64,000 nt of DNA, from the NCBI GenBank assembly GCA_945898725.1, contig CAMDIK010000007.1:3859-67858 (forward strand), written 5' to 3'. The notes beneath the pieces are model-generated. The model was not told the DNA's origin, ran no database searches, and saw only the letters and a program-made list of their open reading frames with translations. This document shows, piece by piece, positions 21,068-32,399 of this stretch (its first letter is position 1; each line of letters opens with the position of its first letter). The position numbers were made by a program, and so were the translations under genes. Origin of the DNA: Rickettsia typhi (GTDB lineage Bacteria > Pseudomonadota > Alphaproteobacteria > Rickettsiales > Deianiraeaceae).

Positions 21068-21850
21068 ATGGCTAATGTGCATAATACAGCTATTCTTACA
21101 GGGGATATAGAGCTTGGTGACGGGGTGGAAGTTGGACCTTATTGCGTGTTATCGGGTAGAATTAAAATTGGTAATAATACCGTGCTAAAATCTCATGTTT
21201 GCGTTGCAGATAATACCATTATTGGTGAGGGAAATATTATATATCCCTTTACTTCGCTTGGGGAAGTTCCGCAGGATAAAAAGTTTAACAATGGAGAAAC
21301 CGAGTTGATTATTGGAAATAATAATCAAATTCGCGAGCATGTTACTATAAATAAAGGTACTGAAGCTGGCGGTGGAAAAACCATTATTGGAAGCAATAAT
21401 TTGATAATGTCTATGACTCATATTGCGCATGATTGCATTTTGGGTAATAAAATAGTGATGTCAAACGGGGCGATGATAGCCGGGCACGTTGTGGTGGAAG
21501 ATAATGTTATAATTGGCGGAATGTCTGGCGTACATCAATTTTGCAAAATTGGAAAAGGTGCGATGATTGGCGGAATGTCTGCAGTTCGCGGGCATGTTAT
21601 TCCATTTAGCCTTACAAAAGGTGATTGCGTAATTGGCACTAATATTATTGGTTTAAAGCGCATGCAGTATGAAAAATCTGATATTCGCGCAATAATGGAG
21701 GTTATAAACACGCTTTCTCGAAAACAATCTTCCATGCAGACCATGGTGGCAGATTTTATGAAATCTGAAAACAAATTTGTGCAATATATTGCTGATTTTA
21801 TTAAGAATTCCAATTCTGCTGTTGGGCTTGTGCATTTTGATATATCGTAG
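21068..21850 (+). CDS. lpxA: Acyl-ACP--UDP-N-acetylglucosamine O-acyltransferase LpxA
   Basis: 260 aa of left-handed beta-helix hexapeptide repeats, located after fabZ. HIAHDC region present. Confidence 0.9.
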   Translation: MANVHNTAILTGDIELGDGVEVGPYCVLSGRIKIGNNTVLKSHVCVADNTIIGEGNIIYPFTSLGEVPQDKKFNNGETELIIGNNNQIREHVTINKGTEAGGGKTIIGSNNLIMSMTHIAHDCILGNKIVMSNGAMIAGHVVVEDNVIIGGMSGVHQFCKIGKGAMIGGMSAVRGHVIPFSLTKGDCVIGTNIIGLKRMQYEKSDIRAIMEVINTLSRKQSSMQTMVADFMKSENKFVQYIADFIKNSNSAVGLVHFDIS

Positions 21851-22004
21851 TTTTGTGTAAAAATGTTTAGTTTCGTTCCGGCAAATCTGAAAACAAATTT
21901 GTGCAATATATTGCTGATTTTATTAAGAATTCCAATTCTGCTGTGGGGCTTGTGCATTTTGATATATCGTAGTTTTGTGTAAAAATGTTTAGTTTCGTTC
22001 CGGC
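21761..22004 (+). repeat. Tandem direct duplication, 2 x 122 bp (21761-21882 and 21883-22004), 121/122 identical
   Basis: Read directly. The unit aaatctgaaaacaaatttgtgcaatatattgctg...tttagtttcgttccggc occurs twice back to back with a single t/g difference (gctgttgggc vs gctgtggggc). The unit contains the last 90 nt of lpxA, the 12-nt spacer and the first 20 nt of mnhC. Confidence 0.95.
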
Positions 22005-22335
22005 TTATATAATGTATGCAATATTAGTTCTTGTTGGGCTTGTGGGTGTTGTTATATCTGATAATTTGATTAAAAAAGTCATGTCGCTGAATGTTTTTCA
22101 GGTTGGAATATTATTTTTTTACATCTCAATTTGCTACAAAAGTGGATTAAAACCTCCGGTGATTGACGTTTTACCGGGCGGAATTGGCTATATCAATCCA
22201 GTTCCACAGGTTTTAATGCTGACGGCAATAGTAGTTGGGCTTTCAATTTCTGCAGTTGCCTTGGCTTTAATTGTTAAAATTTCCAAATTATATAACTCAA
22301 TTTCTGAAGAATCAATAAATTCCGATATTGCGTAA
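21985..22335 (+). CDS. mnhC: Na+/H+ antiporter subunit C (MnhC/MrpC, NuoK-like)
   Basis: 116 aa with three TMs and the motif NLIKKVMSLNVFQVGILFFYI. Confidence 0.75.
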   Translation: MFSFVPAYIMYAILVLVGLVGVVISDNLIKKVMSLNVFQVGILFFYISICYKSGLKPPVIDVLPGGIGYINPVPQVLMLTAIVVGLSISAVALALIVKISKLYNSISEESINSDIA

Positions 22336-22393
22336 TAAATGCTTGAAAATTATTTCAGTTGCATTCTGCTGTTTTATGGTTTTGTAAATTGCG

Positions 22394-23737
22394 ATGCCGA
22401 TTTTTGCTATTATATCTGTTATATTCATCAATATTTTGGTGAATTTTTTCCCTGGGGTTAGGGTAAAATTTTTGCAGCGATGCTTCATTGCTACGTGTGT
22501 TATTAGCACTATTTTATCTTGTTTTTTGTTTGGAATTGTCTCAAACCTGGGTGCGTTATTTCTGCTGCTTTCGGGTTTAACTTTTATATTTGTTGCACTG
22601 GAAACGGGTACAAGTTCGCCGAAAAACATTGGCGGTTATATCAATTTAATGCTCCTTACATACCTTTCCTTGCTTGGTTGCTTTATTTCCCGTGACTTGA
22701 TGAGTTTTTATGTATTTTTTGAGGTTTCAATCATACCAATGTTTTTTATAATATTGCTTTGGGGTGGGAAGGAAAAGGTTTTGGCTGCGAAAAGATTTTT
22801 TATTTACACAATCTTTGGCTCGATTTTTATAATCATTCCTATTATATATTTGTATACCGTTGCACAGTCTTTCATTCCACAGGAAATTGCAAGCAATAAT
22901 GCCTTTATTACAATGCCTTCCGGTGTTAAAATTGCTTTGGCGGCATCTATGATTATTGGATTTTGCGTGAAATTGCCAGCAGTTCCGTTCCACACTTGGC
23001 TTCCACTTGCACACGTTCAGGCACCAACTGGTGGCTCTATGATACTTGCGGGAATTTTAATAAAACTTGGCGGATATGGCATAATTCAGTATGTTATGCC
23101 AATATTTCCCGCAGAAATGCTAGCCCTGCAGGACGTATTTATAATTATTGCTATAATTTCGATGGTTTATGCGTCATTTGTTGCAATGGGTCAAAAAGAT
23201 ATCAAGAAAATGATAGCATATTCCTCCGTTGCGCACATGGCTTATGTTTTATGTGGTATTTTTTCTATGAATTCACTGGGAATTAATGGGGCAATTTTCC
23301 AAATGATTAGCCACGGAATTGTATCTGCCGGGTTATTTTACATGATTGGGCTGGTGTATTCCAGAACGCACACCCGTAACATTGAAGACTATGGAAATTT
23401 GTACGAAATATCGCCATTTTACGCGAAATTTTTCCTGTTATTGACAATGGCAAGCGTTGGGCTACCTGGTGCTATTGGTTTTGTTGGTGAAGTTTTGACA
23501 ATTTTATCCTTGGCAAAAGTTTCTATAATTTACATGATTTTACTAGCATCTGGCTGCGTTTTTGGCGCTGTGTATATGCTACATTTGGCAAGAAAATTGC
23601 TATTTGGCGAGAAGTTTAACGGAGATTCAAGCTTAATAACTCCAATGAATTCCTATGAAAAAGTATGCCTGTACAGCTTGGGATTTTTCGTTATATTTCT
23701 TGGCATTTACCCTAATGTGATTTTAAATCTGCTGTAA
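22394..23737 (+). CDS. mnhD: Na+/H+ antiporter subunit D (MnhD/MrpD, NuoN/M-like proton-translocating subunit)
   Basis: 447 aa and polytopic, with PFHTWLPLAHVQAPTGGSMILAGILIKLGGYG and MIAYSSVAHMAY. Somewhat short at the N-terminus (a stop lies 9 nt upstream of the ATG). Confidence 0.8.
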   Translation: MPIFAIISVIFINILVNFFPGVRVKFLQRCFIATCVISTILSCFLFGIVSNLGALFLLLSGLTFIFVALETGTSSPKNIGGYINLMLLTYLSLLGCFISRDLMSFYVFFEVSIIPMFFIILLWGGKEKVLAAKRFFIYTIFGSIFIIIPIIYLYTVAQSFIPQEIASNNAFITMPSGVKIALAASMIIGFCVKLPAVPFHTWLPLAHVQAPTGGSMILAGILIKLGGYGIIQYVMPIFPAEMLALQDVFIIIAIISMVYASFVAMGQKDIKKMIAYSSVAHMAYVLCGIFSMNSLGINGAIFQMISHGIVSAGLFYMIGLVYSRTHTRNIEDYGNLYEISPFYAKFFLLLTMASVGLPGAIGFVGEVLTILSLAKVSIIYMILLASGCVFGAVYMLHLARKLLFGEKFNGDSSLITPMNSYEKVCLYSLGFFVIFLGIYPNVILNLL

Positions 23738-23740
23738 TTT

Positions 23741-24916
23741 TTAATAGAATCTAAACCCAATTTCAATTGCACTTAAGGTGAATGGGTCAACTGTTACGCT
23801 TCTGTCGGCTAAAATTCGCGCATCGCTTAAAGACGTGCTGGTTGTTGTTTCGGTGTAGGAACTTTCAAATTCATAACTCTGCTTGCTCATTATTCTTTTT
23901 ATGCCGGCAAAAAACACGGTATTGCTGTCCATGACGAAATTTAAATGCGCCGAAAGCGTGTAAAGCGAAGATATTGCCCCGCCTGTGCTTAATTCTGGGA
24001 GGTTTAAGTACCCGGTATGAATACCTGCGCCAAATGATGGATAAAATGCCTTTGTGTCGCTCATTATATCTATGTAGCCAGTGAGTCCCATCATATATAA
24101 ATATCCATTTCCGTAGCTATTGCTTGTGTCGAATGTGTAGCCTCTTAAATTGGTAATTGTTGCATCGCCGGATAGCTTGTTGATTGAGGTGGAAATTTCC
24201 CCGCGCAGGAATTTGTTAAGCTTTATTCCGCCGCCAAGACTTAGAAATTTTGACCCCCCTCGTGAGTAATTTTTATCAATTCTGAAGTTGTCAACTTCGC
24301 TTGAAGATGCTGTAACATTTCCCGCGGTTCCCGTGCCGGCTGTTTCGCTGGATGTAAATTGTCCACTACCTGTTAAAGCTCCGCCGGAAATAAATTTGTA
24401 AATTAAACCCGTGCTGAAAGACGGCTGAATTATTTGCGCTTTTGATGGAACATTTGGCGGGGGTGGCGCTGGCATAGGTTCAAATTTTGAAGTATTTGCA
24501 ACCAATCTTTGTCTTGAAAGCATCATAAAATATGGGTTCATTTGCTCATCCGTTTCCGTTGGCATTGGAATAAATCTATATTGCGTTGCCGCTGGAATAA
24601 GCGCCGCGGTATCTTTGGTTGGTTTTAGGTGGCAACCTCCGCAATTCCCCCCACTTTTTTTGCACGGGCATTTTACCACCGATGAAGTATTGCCCCTTTC
24701 CATTTTTGCCAGCGAGTCTTGATTGGTGATAAATTTATCTCCAATTTTCCCACTTTCCGTTGCATTTGGATTTTCAACTTTTCGCACGTTGTTGGTACCG
24801 TCAAAATAAGTATCGGGAAATGCTGCATCTTTTGATGATTGCGGTGCGGCTGCATATGTTTGCGCACATGTCACAATATATATAAATATTGCAATAATTA
24901 CAGACTTCACACGCAA
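23741..24916 (-). CDS. Putative outer-membrane beta-barrel protein with a Cys-rich N-terminal region
   Basis: Signal peptide MRVKSVIIAIFIYIVTCAQTYAAAP. Cys cluster KCPCKKSGGNCGGCH. The C-terminal ~190 aa show alternating beta-strand patterns ending in IGFRFY (a terminal aromatic residue typical of OMPs). Confidence 0.6.
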   Translation of the reverse strand: MRVKSVIIAIFIYIVTCAQTYAAAPQSSKDAAFPDTYFDGTNNVRKVENPNATESGKIGDKFITNQDSLAKMERGNTSSVVKCPCKKSGGNCGGCHLKPTKDTAALIPAATQYRFIPMPTETDEQMNPYFMMLSRQRLVANTSKFEPMPAPPPPNVPSKAQIIQPSFSTGLIYKFISGGALTGSGQFTSSETAGTGTAGNVTASSSEVDNFRIDKNYSRGGSKFLSLGGGIKLNKFLRGEISTSINKLSGDATITNLRGYTFDTSNSYGNGYLYMMGLTGYIDIMSDTKAFYPSFGAGIHTGYLNLPELSTGGAISSLYTLSAHLNFVMDSNTVFFAGIKRIMSKQSYEFESSYTETTTSTSLSDARILADRSVTVDPFTLSAIEIGFRFY

Positions 24917-24948
24917 GATATAACAAACAATCTTTTAACCCTGTATGA

Positions 24949-25524
24949 TTAAATATTATTTTCAAGATATTTTACAATATATTTTTCAAACATTAATCTT
25001 TCATGTGGAACTTGTTTGTTGTATTTATTTAGTATTTGCGTAAGAAATTCAATATTTGTAACGGTGTTGTATTGCGATTGTGAGTCAAAATACCCTGATT
25101 GCGCAAGAATATAGGCTTCTTGCTTGAGATATTCTTCGATAATATTAGTATTGCTGGTTGGGGTTGTGTTGTTTTCTAAAAATTGAGCAATAGATTGATA
25201 TAAATTTGCCTGATGCTGTGTGTTTTTGGCAATAATTGTGTTTATAACAGAGCAAATTGCAACAATGGAAAGGAAGGCTATTTTATTGCCAATTGTTGCC
25301 GCGCCATATTGCTTTATTATGTCTAATTTCACGGTTCCAAGGGAGTTTTCTCTTCCAATCCAAGAGAAATTTACAAGATTTGCAACCTGAATTCTTGCAT
25401 GATTTTTGCTTGAAAATCCGTATTTTACAAATCCTGAAATTATTTCCCCGGATTGCGATAAAATTTTAACAATTCCATCTTTCTCGCCAATTTTATAAGA
25501 ATTTATGATTATTCCGCTTTGCAT
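24949..25524 (-). CDS. recO: RecO-like DNA repair protein (short form, no zinc-finger region)
   Basis: N-terminal OB-fold-like pattern GIIINSYKIGEKDGIVKILSQSGEIISGFVK...NFSW and a later QEAYILAQSGYF, resembling Rickettsia-type RecO as I recall it. Only 191 aa. Confidence 0.5.
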   Translation of the reverse strand: MQSGIIINSYKIGEKDGIVKILSQSGEIISGFVKYGFSSKNHARIQVANLVNFSWIGRENSLGTVKLDIIKQYGAATIGNKIAFLSIVAICSVINTIIAKNTQHQANLYQSIAQFLENNTTPTSNTNIIEEYLKQEAYILAQSGYFDSQSQYNTVTNIEFLTQILNKYNKQVPHERLMFEKYIVKYLENNI

Positions 25525-25603
25525 TTATTTTTTGCATTTATTTTTAATTGACTTTCATTTTTTTTCTTTGCAATACTTTTTTTGACTATTTTTTTACTAC
25601 CTT

Positions 25604-26614
25604 ATGAATACTGATGTTTGTATTATAGGTGCGGGTCCGGTGGGAATTTTTAGCATTTTTCAGGCAGGAATGCTGGGAATGAATTGCCATGTGGTGGATA
25701 TTTTGTCTTTTCCCGGTGGGCAATGCAGCGCTTTGTATCCCGAAAAGCCAATTTACGATATTCCGGCGTACCCAAGCATAGCAGGTGGAGATTTAATAGA
25801 AAAATTAATGGAGCAGGCAAGCATTTTCAAGCCTGTATTTCACTTGAATTCAAGGGCAATTTCCATAGATGGCGATAAAAACTCGGGATTTTCCGTCAAA
25901 ATTTCTTCCAAATCTGGAGAAGAGAAGGTTATTTTTGCAAAATCGGTGATTATTGCCGGTGGTTGCGGGTCTTTTGACGCAAATAAGCCCCCACTTTCCG
26001 GAATTGAGCAGTATGAAAACAACCAGGTGTTGTATTTTATTGATAAAATTTCCAAATTTAAGGATCAAAGAGTTGTGATTGCCGGAGGTGGAGATTCTGC
26101 CGTAGATTGGGCAATTAATCTTGCGGACATAGCAAGATCTGTATATTTAGTGCATCGCCGGGCGAATTTTCGTTGCATGCCCGAAAGCGAAAAGCAGCTT
26201 GAGCGCCTTTCAAGCCTTGGAAAAGTGAAAATTATGGCTCCATTTCAGCTTAAATCTCTAGCAGGGCAGGGCGGCATGATGACCGGGGTGGAAATTCAAA
26301 ACATAGATACCAATGAAGATTTGCTGATTGAGGCGGACTTTTTACTGCCATTTTTCGGATTAAAAACAGAGCTTGGCGTGATTGAAAACTGGGGTTTGGA
26401 AATTAGCAAACGCACAATTCAGGTAAAGCACGGCAGCATGGAGACTTCGCGCCCGGGAATTTACGCAATTGGCGATATTTGCGGATATGAAGGCAAATTG
26501 AAGTTGATTTTATGCGGATTTTCCGAAAGCGCAATGGCAATTCACCATTTATATAGCATAGTTTTCCCCGATAGACCCTTGCATTTTGAGCATTCAACTT
26601 CAAAAAAGTTTTAA
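25604..26614 (+). CDS. Ferredoxin--NADP+ reductase, thioredoxin-reductase-like type
   Basis: DVCIIGAGPVGIFSIFQAGMLGM...FPGGQCSALYPEKPIYDIPAYP, a second fold VVIAGGGDSAVDWA, and GIYAIGDI. Confidence 0.85.
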   Translation: MNTDVCIIGAGPVGIFSIFQAGMLGMNCHVVDILSFPGGQCSALYPEKPIYDIPAYPSIAGGDLIEKLMEQASIFKPVFHLNSRAISIDGDKNSGFSVKISSKSGEEKVIFAKSVIIAGGCGSFDANKPPLSGIEQYENNQVLYFIDKISKFKDQRVVIAGGGDSAVDWAINLADIARSVYLVHRRANFRCMPESEKQLERLSSLGKVKIMAPFQLKSLAGQGGMMTGVEIQNIDTNEDLLIEADFLLPFFGLKTELGVIENWGLEISKRTIQVKHGSMETSRPGIYAIGDICGYEGKLKLILCGFSESAMAIHHLYSIVFPDRPLHFEHSTSKKF

Positions 26615-27576
26615 ATTTTTTGTAAAATTGCGCGCATTTCCTCGAAATTTCCGCTGCAATGCATTGTTATGTCGCACCCGGAATTTTGGCATTGGGATGC
26701 AATTTTCGCCAGAATTTCCAGCAATTCCTGCTTTCCTGTGGTGGATTTTTCGTAAAAATTCACATTGCTATATTGAGATTCAAGGTTTTTGTTGTAAAAT
26801 TTTACCAGCGCCCCCATTTCTATTGCATCCGTCATAATTTTCACCCCCGGGCATAGATTTTTTATATAATCTATAGCTTTTTTTGAGATTGTAAATGGCT
26901 TTTCGGCATCTAAAGCGGTGAAAATTACATGCGCAGTCATGGCTAGTTTGCAAATTGGCGATAATTTCACAAATGGCACGAAGTCCATCTGATTTAATTG
27001 CGCTAAATCCGCTGTAATTACTGGTAAATCTAGGTGGCTGTCGATATTTGCGCGCCCGTGCCCGGGAATGTGTTTTAAAACGCATTCAATACCCTCGTTT
27101 TGGGAAAATTTGATAAACTTTTCACACATTTTGCTAACAAAATCGGGATTTTCCCCGTATGATCTGTCGGAAATAAGATTGGTTTCAACCTTATAAAATA
27201 AGTCCAGCACGGGTGCGAAATTAATATCAAATCCTAGGGTTTTCAATTCCCGTGACATATTTTCCACATTTTTTTGCATAAATTCCTCTGCAGCGCTGTT
27301 TTCTTGCTGAAATTTTTGTGAAAACTCTAGTGATGATGGGTATTTTTGCGTAAAATTTATTCTTTGAACTCGCCCACCTTCCTGGTCAACGCATATTTTT
27401 ACGCTGTTTCCAAGTTTATTTTTAATATCTTTTATTAGATATTTCACCTGCTCCGGGCTTTGAATATTCCTGCTAAATAGCACAATTCCGTATAAATCGC
27501 AGGTTTTTAGCAGATTTTCCTCATTTTCACCAAGGATTGTTGAATTAATTCCAAATAAATAAGACATAACGCGCAT
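26611..27576 (-). CDS. nagZ: Beta-N-acetylhexosaminidase NagZ (GH3)
   Basis: VDQEGGRVQR and KHIPGHGRA motifs. The 3' end overlaps the convergent upstream gene by 4 nt. Confidence 0.85.
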   Translation of the reverse strand: MRVMSYLFGINSTILGENEENLLKTCDLYGIVLFSRNIQSPEQVKYLIKDIKNKLGNSVKICVDQEGGRVQRINFTQKYPSSLEFSQKFQQENSAAEEFMQKNVENMSRELKTLGFDINFAPVLDLFYKVETNLISDRSYGENPDFVSKMCEKFIKFSQNEGIECVLKHIPGHGRANIDSHLDLPVITADLAQLNQMDFVPFVKLSPICKLAMTAHVIFTALDAEKPFTISKKAIDYIKNLCPGVKIMTDAIEMGALVKFYNKNLESQYSNVNFYEKSTTGKQELLEILAKIASQCQNSGCDITMHCSGNFEEMRAILQKI

Positions 27577-27627
27577 TTATATATAAAAATATATATAGGC
27601 ATTTTAAATTATATTCAACAAATTTTC

Positions 27628-30015
27628 TTGATTTTAGAAAAAATACCAGCACGGTTAAGCGCCTGTATTATTTTTACTTATTGGTTCGTGCTAAAAATTA
27701 TTTTATCGCTATTGTTGATATTTTTTATAGAATGTCAATATTCCCTTGCAAGCAGCGCGGTAATTCAGGAGGTTGTTTTGGTAAATAATGGCAGAATAGA
27801 TAAGGAGACTGTGCTAATGTATTCCGGAATTCAAGTGGGGGAGTTGCTGGATGAGATTGCAATTTCCGACATTATTCGCAATTTATACGAAACGGAATAT
27901 TTTTCTTCAATCAAAGTTTCATTTGAAAGTGGGGTGGTGTATTTTGATCTTAAGGAAAACCCGATTGTAAATAATATATATATAGATGGTTCAAAATTGC
28001 TTTCTTATGATAAAATAAAAAATGACCTAAAAACCAAGTCTCGCGGGGTTTATACGAAATATAAAATTAAGTACGATGTTGATAATATTAAATTGCTATA
28101 TCAAAGATTGGGCTATATTTCAGCCATTGTTGAGCCAAAAGTTGTATTTCTGTCGGATAATAGAGTAGATATTGTGTTTGAAGTGGAAGATGGTGAAGCT
28201 GCTACGGTGAAGAAGATAAACATACATGGAAATAATAGCATTTTCACTGAAGACTTACTGAATTTGATACCAATTAAGCAAAAAAAAGCTCATAATCCAT
28301 TTTCCAGCGGAGATAAGTATGAAAATAATAAAATTACCACAGGCAAGGACAATATTATTAATTTTTATAAAGAAAATGGTTTTGTGGACGTGAAAATTGA
28401 TGATGTTACCGTGCAATATGCCAGGGATGCCGGCGATGTTGCAATTGATATATATATCACTGAAAATGAGAAGTATTCCATTAGAAATGTTACCATTGAT
28501 ACCTCTGTTGCCGATGTGAAAGTGGAGCCGATTTTGCTAAATAAGCCCGAAAATGTTTATAATTATATGTTTTCCAGGAAGGATATTATCAATATAAAAG
28601 ACGCACTCTACATGCGCGGTTTTGGTTATTTGTCTGTTGAGGAAAAAATTGCAAATAAGGAAAATGGCAAGCTGGACTTGATTTATTTGGCCTCTGATGA
28701 GGAGGTTAGAAGCGTTTCTTCAATAGTTATCAACGGGAATAAAAAAACAATGGACTATGTAATACGCAGAGAATTGTTATTTTCGGAAGGTTCAACACTA
28801 ATTCCAAAAGATTTACTTCGGTCTGAAAGCAGATTGAGATCTTTGGGTTATTTTAAAAAAATTGAGATCAAGCAAGTGCCAAAAAACAGCAAAGAATCTG
28901 TGGTTTATATTGAATTGGAAGAAGAAGATAGGCGTGGGAATATCAATTTTTCTGCCGGATATTCAAGCTTTGAAGGCAAAGTTTTGTCTTATGGCTTTTC
29001 CGTATTTAACGTTTTTGGCAAGGGTTATGATTTCAATACCAGCTTTTCAACCTCAAGAATTATGAAATCTTTCAATATTGGCTTACATACTATGAGATTT
29101 GGAGATTCCAAGTTTGGGGGTGGGCTGGATTTAGGGTTTTCAAATTTTGACGCCACGCCTTACGGGGTGAATTATACCAGTAAATCTTACTATATTGCCC
29201 CAAGTTTGTCTTATAGGCTGGGTGATAATCTATTTCACACAATTAGTTATTCATACAGGCAAGATAATATGCAAAGGGCGCCGGCAAGTGACGCAAGTTA
29301 TCTGCGAACATTGCTTATGGATCAATTTACTAGCATTGAAACTTCTTCGATTATTAATTCCGTATTTTACGACACGCGTGACAATTTTGTTCTACCAACT
29401 ACGGGAAATAGGCTGGGAATTACCCAAACTATTGCAGGTTTTGGAGGAACGCAGAAATTTTTCAAACATGATGTAGAGCTTACAACTTATCAACAATTTT
29501 TCGGAAAAAGTTACCCTACAATGTTCTCACTTAAAGCGGGGAATATTACCTCATACGGCGGGTCTGATGTTTTGTTTCAAAATAGGTATGCGGTTTGGTA
29601 TTATAATATGCGCGGATTTGGCTATGGGGGAATTGGTCCAAGGCTTGTTGAAACTAAAGAAAATGGCTCGCAATATGTTGATGTTTTGTCTTATCGGGGT
29701 AATAATTACGGAATTTTCACATTTGAACAGCACTTTCCTGTGCCTTTTGCTGCAGATTCAGGGGTTGTTTGGTATTTATTTTCTGATTTTGCAACTTTAT
29801 ATAGCTTTGACGGAAAATCTACTATGATAAATAGCCTTGGAAATACTGAAGAAATTGTGGAATCGCGAAAAATAAGAAACGCAAGCGGTATTGGAATTGC
29901 ATTTCCATCGCCAATGGGCGTTATACGTCTTGACTACTCGGCATATATCAATAAAGCAAAATATGACAGCACCCAGGTATTTAGAATTTCCATTGGCGGA
30001 ATGCCAATGATGTAG
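27628..30015 (+). CDS. bamA: Outer membrane protein assembly factor BamA (Omp85)
   Basis: 795 aa with repeated POTRA-like modules and a C-terminal barrel ending ...VFRISIGGMPMM. The start codon is TTG. Confidence 0.9.
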   Translation: MILEKIPARLSACIIFTYWFVLKIILSLLLIFFIECQYSLASSAVIQEVVLVNNGRIDKETVLMYSGIQVGELLDEIAISDIIRNLYETEYFSSIKVSFESGVVYFDLKENPIVNNIYIDGSKLLSYDKIKNDLKTKSRGVYTKYKIKYDVDNIKLLYQRLGYISAIVEPKVVFLSDNRVDIVFEVEDGEAATVKKINIHGNNSIFTEDLLNLIPIKQKKAHNPFSSGDKYENNKITTGKDNIINFYKENGFVDVKIDDVTVQYARDAGDVAIDIYITENEKYSIRNVTIDTSVADVKVEPILLNKPENVYNYMFSRKDIINIKDALYMRGFGYLSVEEKIANKENGKLDLIYLASDEEVRSVSSIVINGNKKTMDYVIRRELLFSEGSTLIPKDLLRSESRLRSLGYFKKIEIKQVPKNSKESVVYIELEEEDRRGNINFSAGYSSFEGKVLSYGFSVFNVFGKGYDFNTSFSTSRIMKSFNIGLHTMRFGDSKFGGGLDLGFSNFDATPYGVNYTSKSYYIAPSLSYRLGDNLFHTISYSYRQDNMQRAPASDASYLRTLLMDQFTSIETSSIINSVFYDTRDNFVLPTTGNRLGITQTIAGFGGTQKFFKHDVELTTYQQFFGKSYPTMFSLKAGNITSYGGSDVLFQNRYAVWYYNMRGFGYGGIGPRLVETKENGSQYVDVLSYRGNNYGIFTFEQHFPVPFAADSGVVWYLFSDFATLYSFDGKSTMINSLGNTEEIVESRKIRNASGIGIAFPSPMGVIRLDYSAYINKAKYDSTQVFRISIGGMPMM

Positions 30016-30110
30016 GTTTTAGACCTTGTTTTGTGTTTTGTCTCTTTGCCGCCCCAGCTATCAAGATTTTTTTTATAGCTTTTTAGCTTTATTGCATTAG
30101 TCTTGAAAAA

Positions 30111-30569
30111 GTGTTTGATTATTGTGTGTTATTGGAAAATTTTACACCAAAAGTGGTGGTTACGCCTTCGGTTGTTAGTGCAAATCGAGTAAGTATTGAT
30201 GGTAGAATGAAGTATGTTTGGGTTTATAATATTTCCATGGAAAATCATTCCAACGTTGATGTTCAATTAATTAAAAGAAAGTGGTTTATTTCTGATTCCA
30301 GCGGTTTTACCACGGTGGTTGCCGGCGATGGCGTGATTGGGCAGCAGCCTATATTAAAACCCGGGCATGGTTTTGAGTATACAAGCTTTGCAGATTTAAG
30401 TGTAAAATCCGGTTCGATGTGTGGAGAATATATTTTTAAAGTGCTTTTGAGTGAGATTGATTTACAAAAAAAAGATGAAAATGGTGATGAAAATTGCCTT
30501 TTTACGGTTCCAATACCAAATTTTTTCCTTGCAGAGCCTGGGAAAAACGATTTTTTAAAAAAACATTAA
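30111..30569 (+). CDS. apaG: ApaG (DUF525) protein
   Basis: Y-x-I-x-x-N core YNISMENHSNVDVQLIKRKWFISDSSG...VAGDGVIGQQPILKPGHGFEYTS...GSMCGEY...FTVPIPNFFL. GTG start. Confidence 0.8.
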   Translation: MFDYCVLLENFTPKVVVTPSVVSANRVSIDGRMKYVWVYNISMENHSNVDVQLIKRKWFISDSSGFTTVVAGDGVIGQQPILKPGHGFEYTSFADLSVKSGSMCGEYIFKVLLSEIDLQKKDENGDENCLFTVPIPNFFLAEPGKNDFLKKH

Positions 30570-30587
30570 AAAAAATATCTTTTTTTG

Positions 30588-30616
30588 TTGACAAATAAAA
30601 AATAGTAGTTCCAATA
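30588..30616 (+). promoter_or_regulatory. Candidate rRNA promoter (perfect -35 TTGACA after an A/T-rich UP-like tract; weak -10)
   Basis: TTGACA at 30588-30593 is preceded by aaaaaaatatcttttttt. The hexamer 17 nt downstream is ccaata, a poor -10, so the call is tentative. Confidence 0.3.
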
Positions 30617-30684
30617 GCTATGTCTACTTCGCTTTTAACAAAGTTATTTAGACCAACATCGTGAATACAACATACTAAGCACTC

Positions 30685-30731
30685 GCTTTTAAAAGAGCGA
30701 GAGAATACAAGTTTAACGTTAATTCCAAGAG
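30685..30731 (+). other. 5' arm of the 16S rRNA processing stem
   Basis: gcttttaaaagagcgagagaatacaagtttaacgttaattccaagag is largely complementary to 32320-32358 (ctcttggtttaactttgtttctctcgctcttttaaaagc). Confidence 0.7.
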
Positions 30732-30760
30732 ACGTGTGAGAACACGTAAAGCAAGAATCA

Positions 30761-32269
<1,509 letters not shown>

Positions 32270-32275
32270 ACAAAT

Positions 32276-32304
32276 TTATGTAATATTTTTTAAATATTAC
32301 ATAA
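32276..32304 (+). other. Perfect 13-bp hairpin immediately 3' of the 16S
   Basis: ttatgtaatattt / ttt loop / aaatattacataa. It lies between the mature 3' end and the downstream processing-stem arm. Confidence 0.6.
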
Positions 32305-32319
32305 TATTATAAGAAATTT

Positions 32320-32358
32320 CTCTTGGTTTAACTTTGTTTCTCTCGCTCTTTTAAAAGC
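32320..32358 (+). other. 3' arm of the 16S rRNA processing stem
   Basis: Its reverse complement, gcttttaaaagagcgagagaaacaaagttaaaccaagag, matches the leader segment 30685-30731 apart from small bulges. Confidence 0.7.
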
Positions 32359-32399
32359 TAATCGCTTATTTTAGTATGTTGTTTTCTAAATCATAAATT

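Noticed and set aside
30016-30110. Short inverted repeat agctat...atagct after bamA, considered as a terminator
   Set aside because: The stem is only 6 bp with a long A/T loop, and its stability is marginal. Not reported as a feature.
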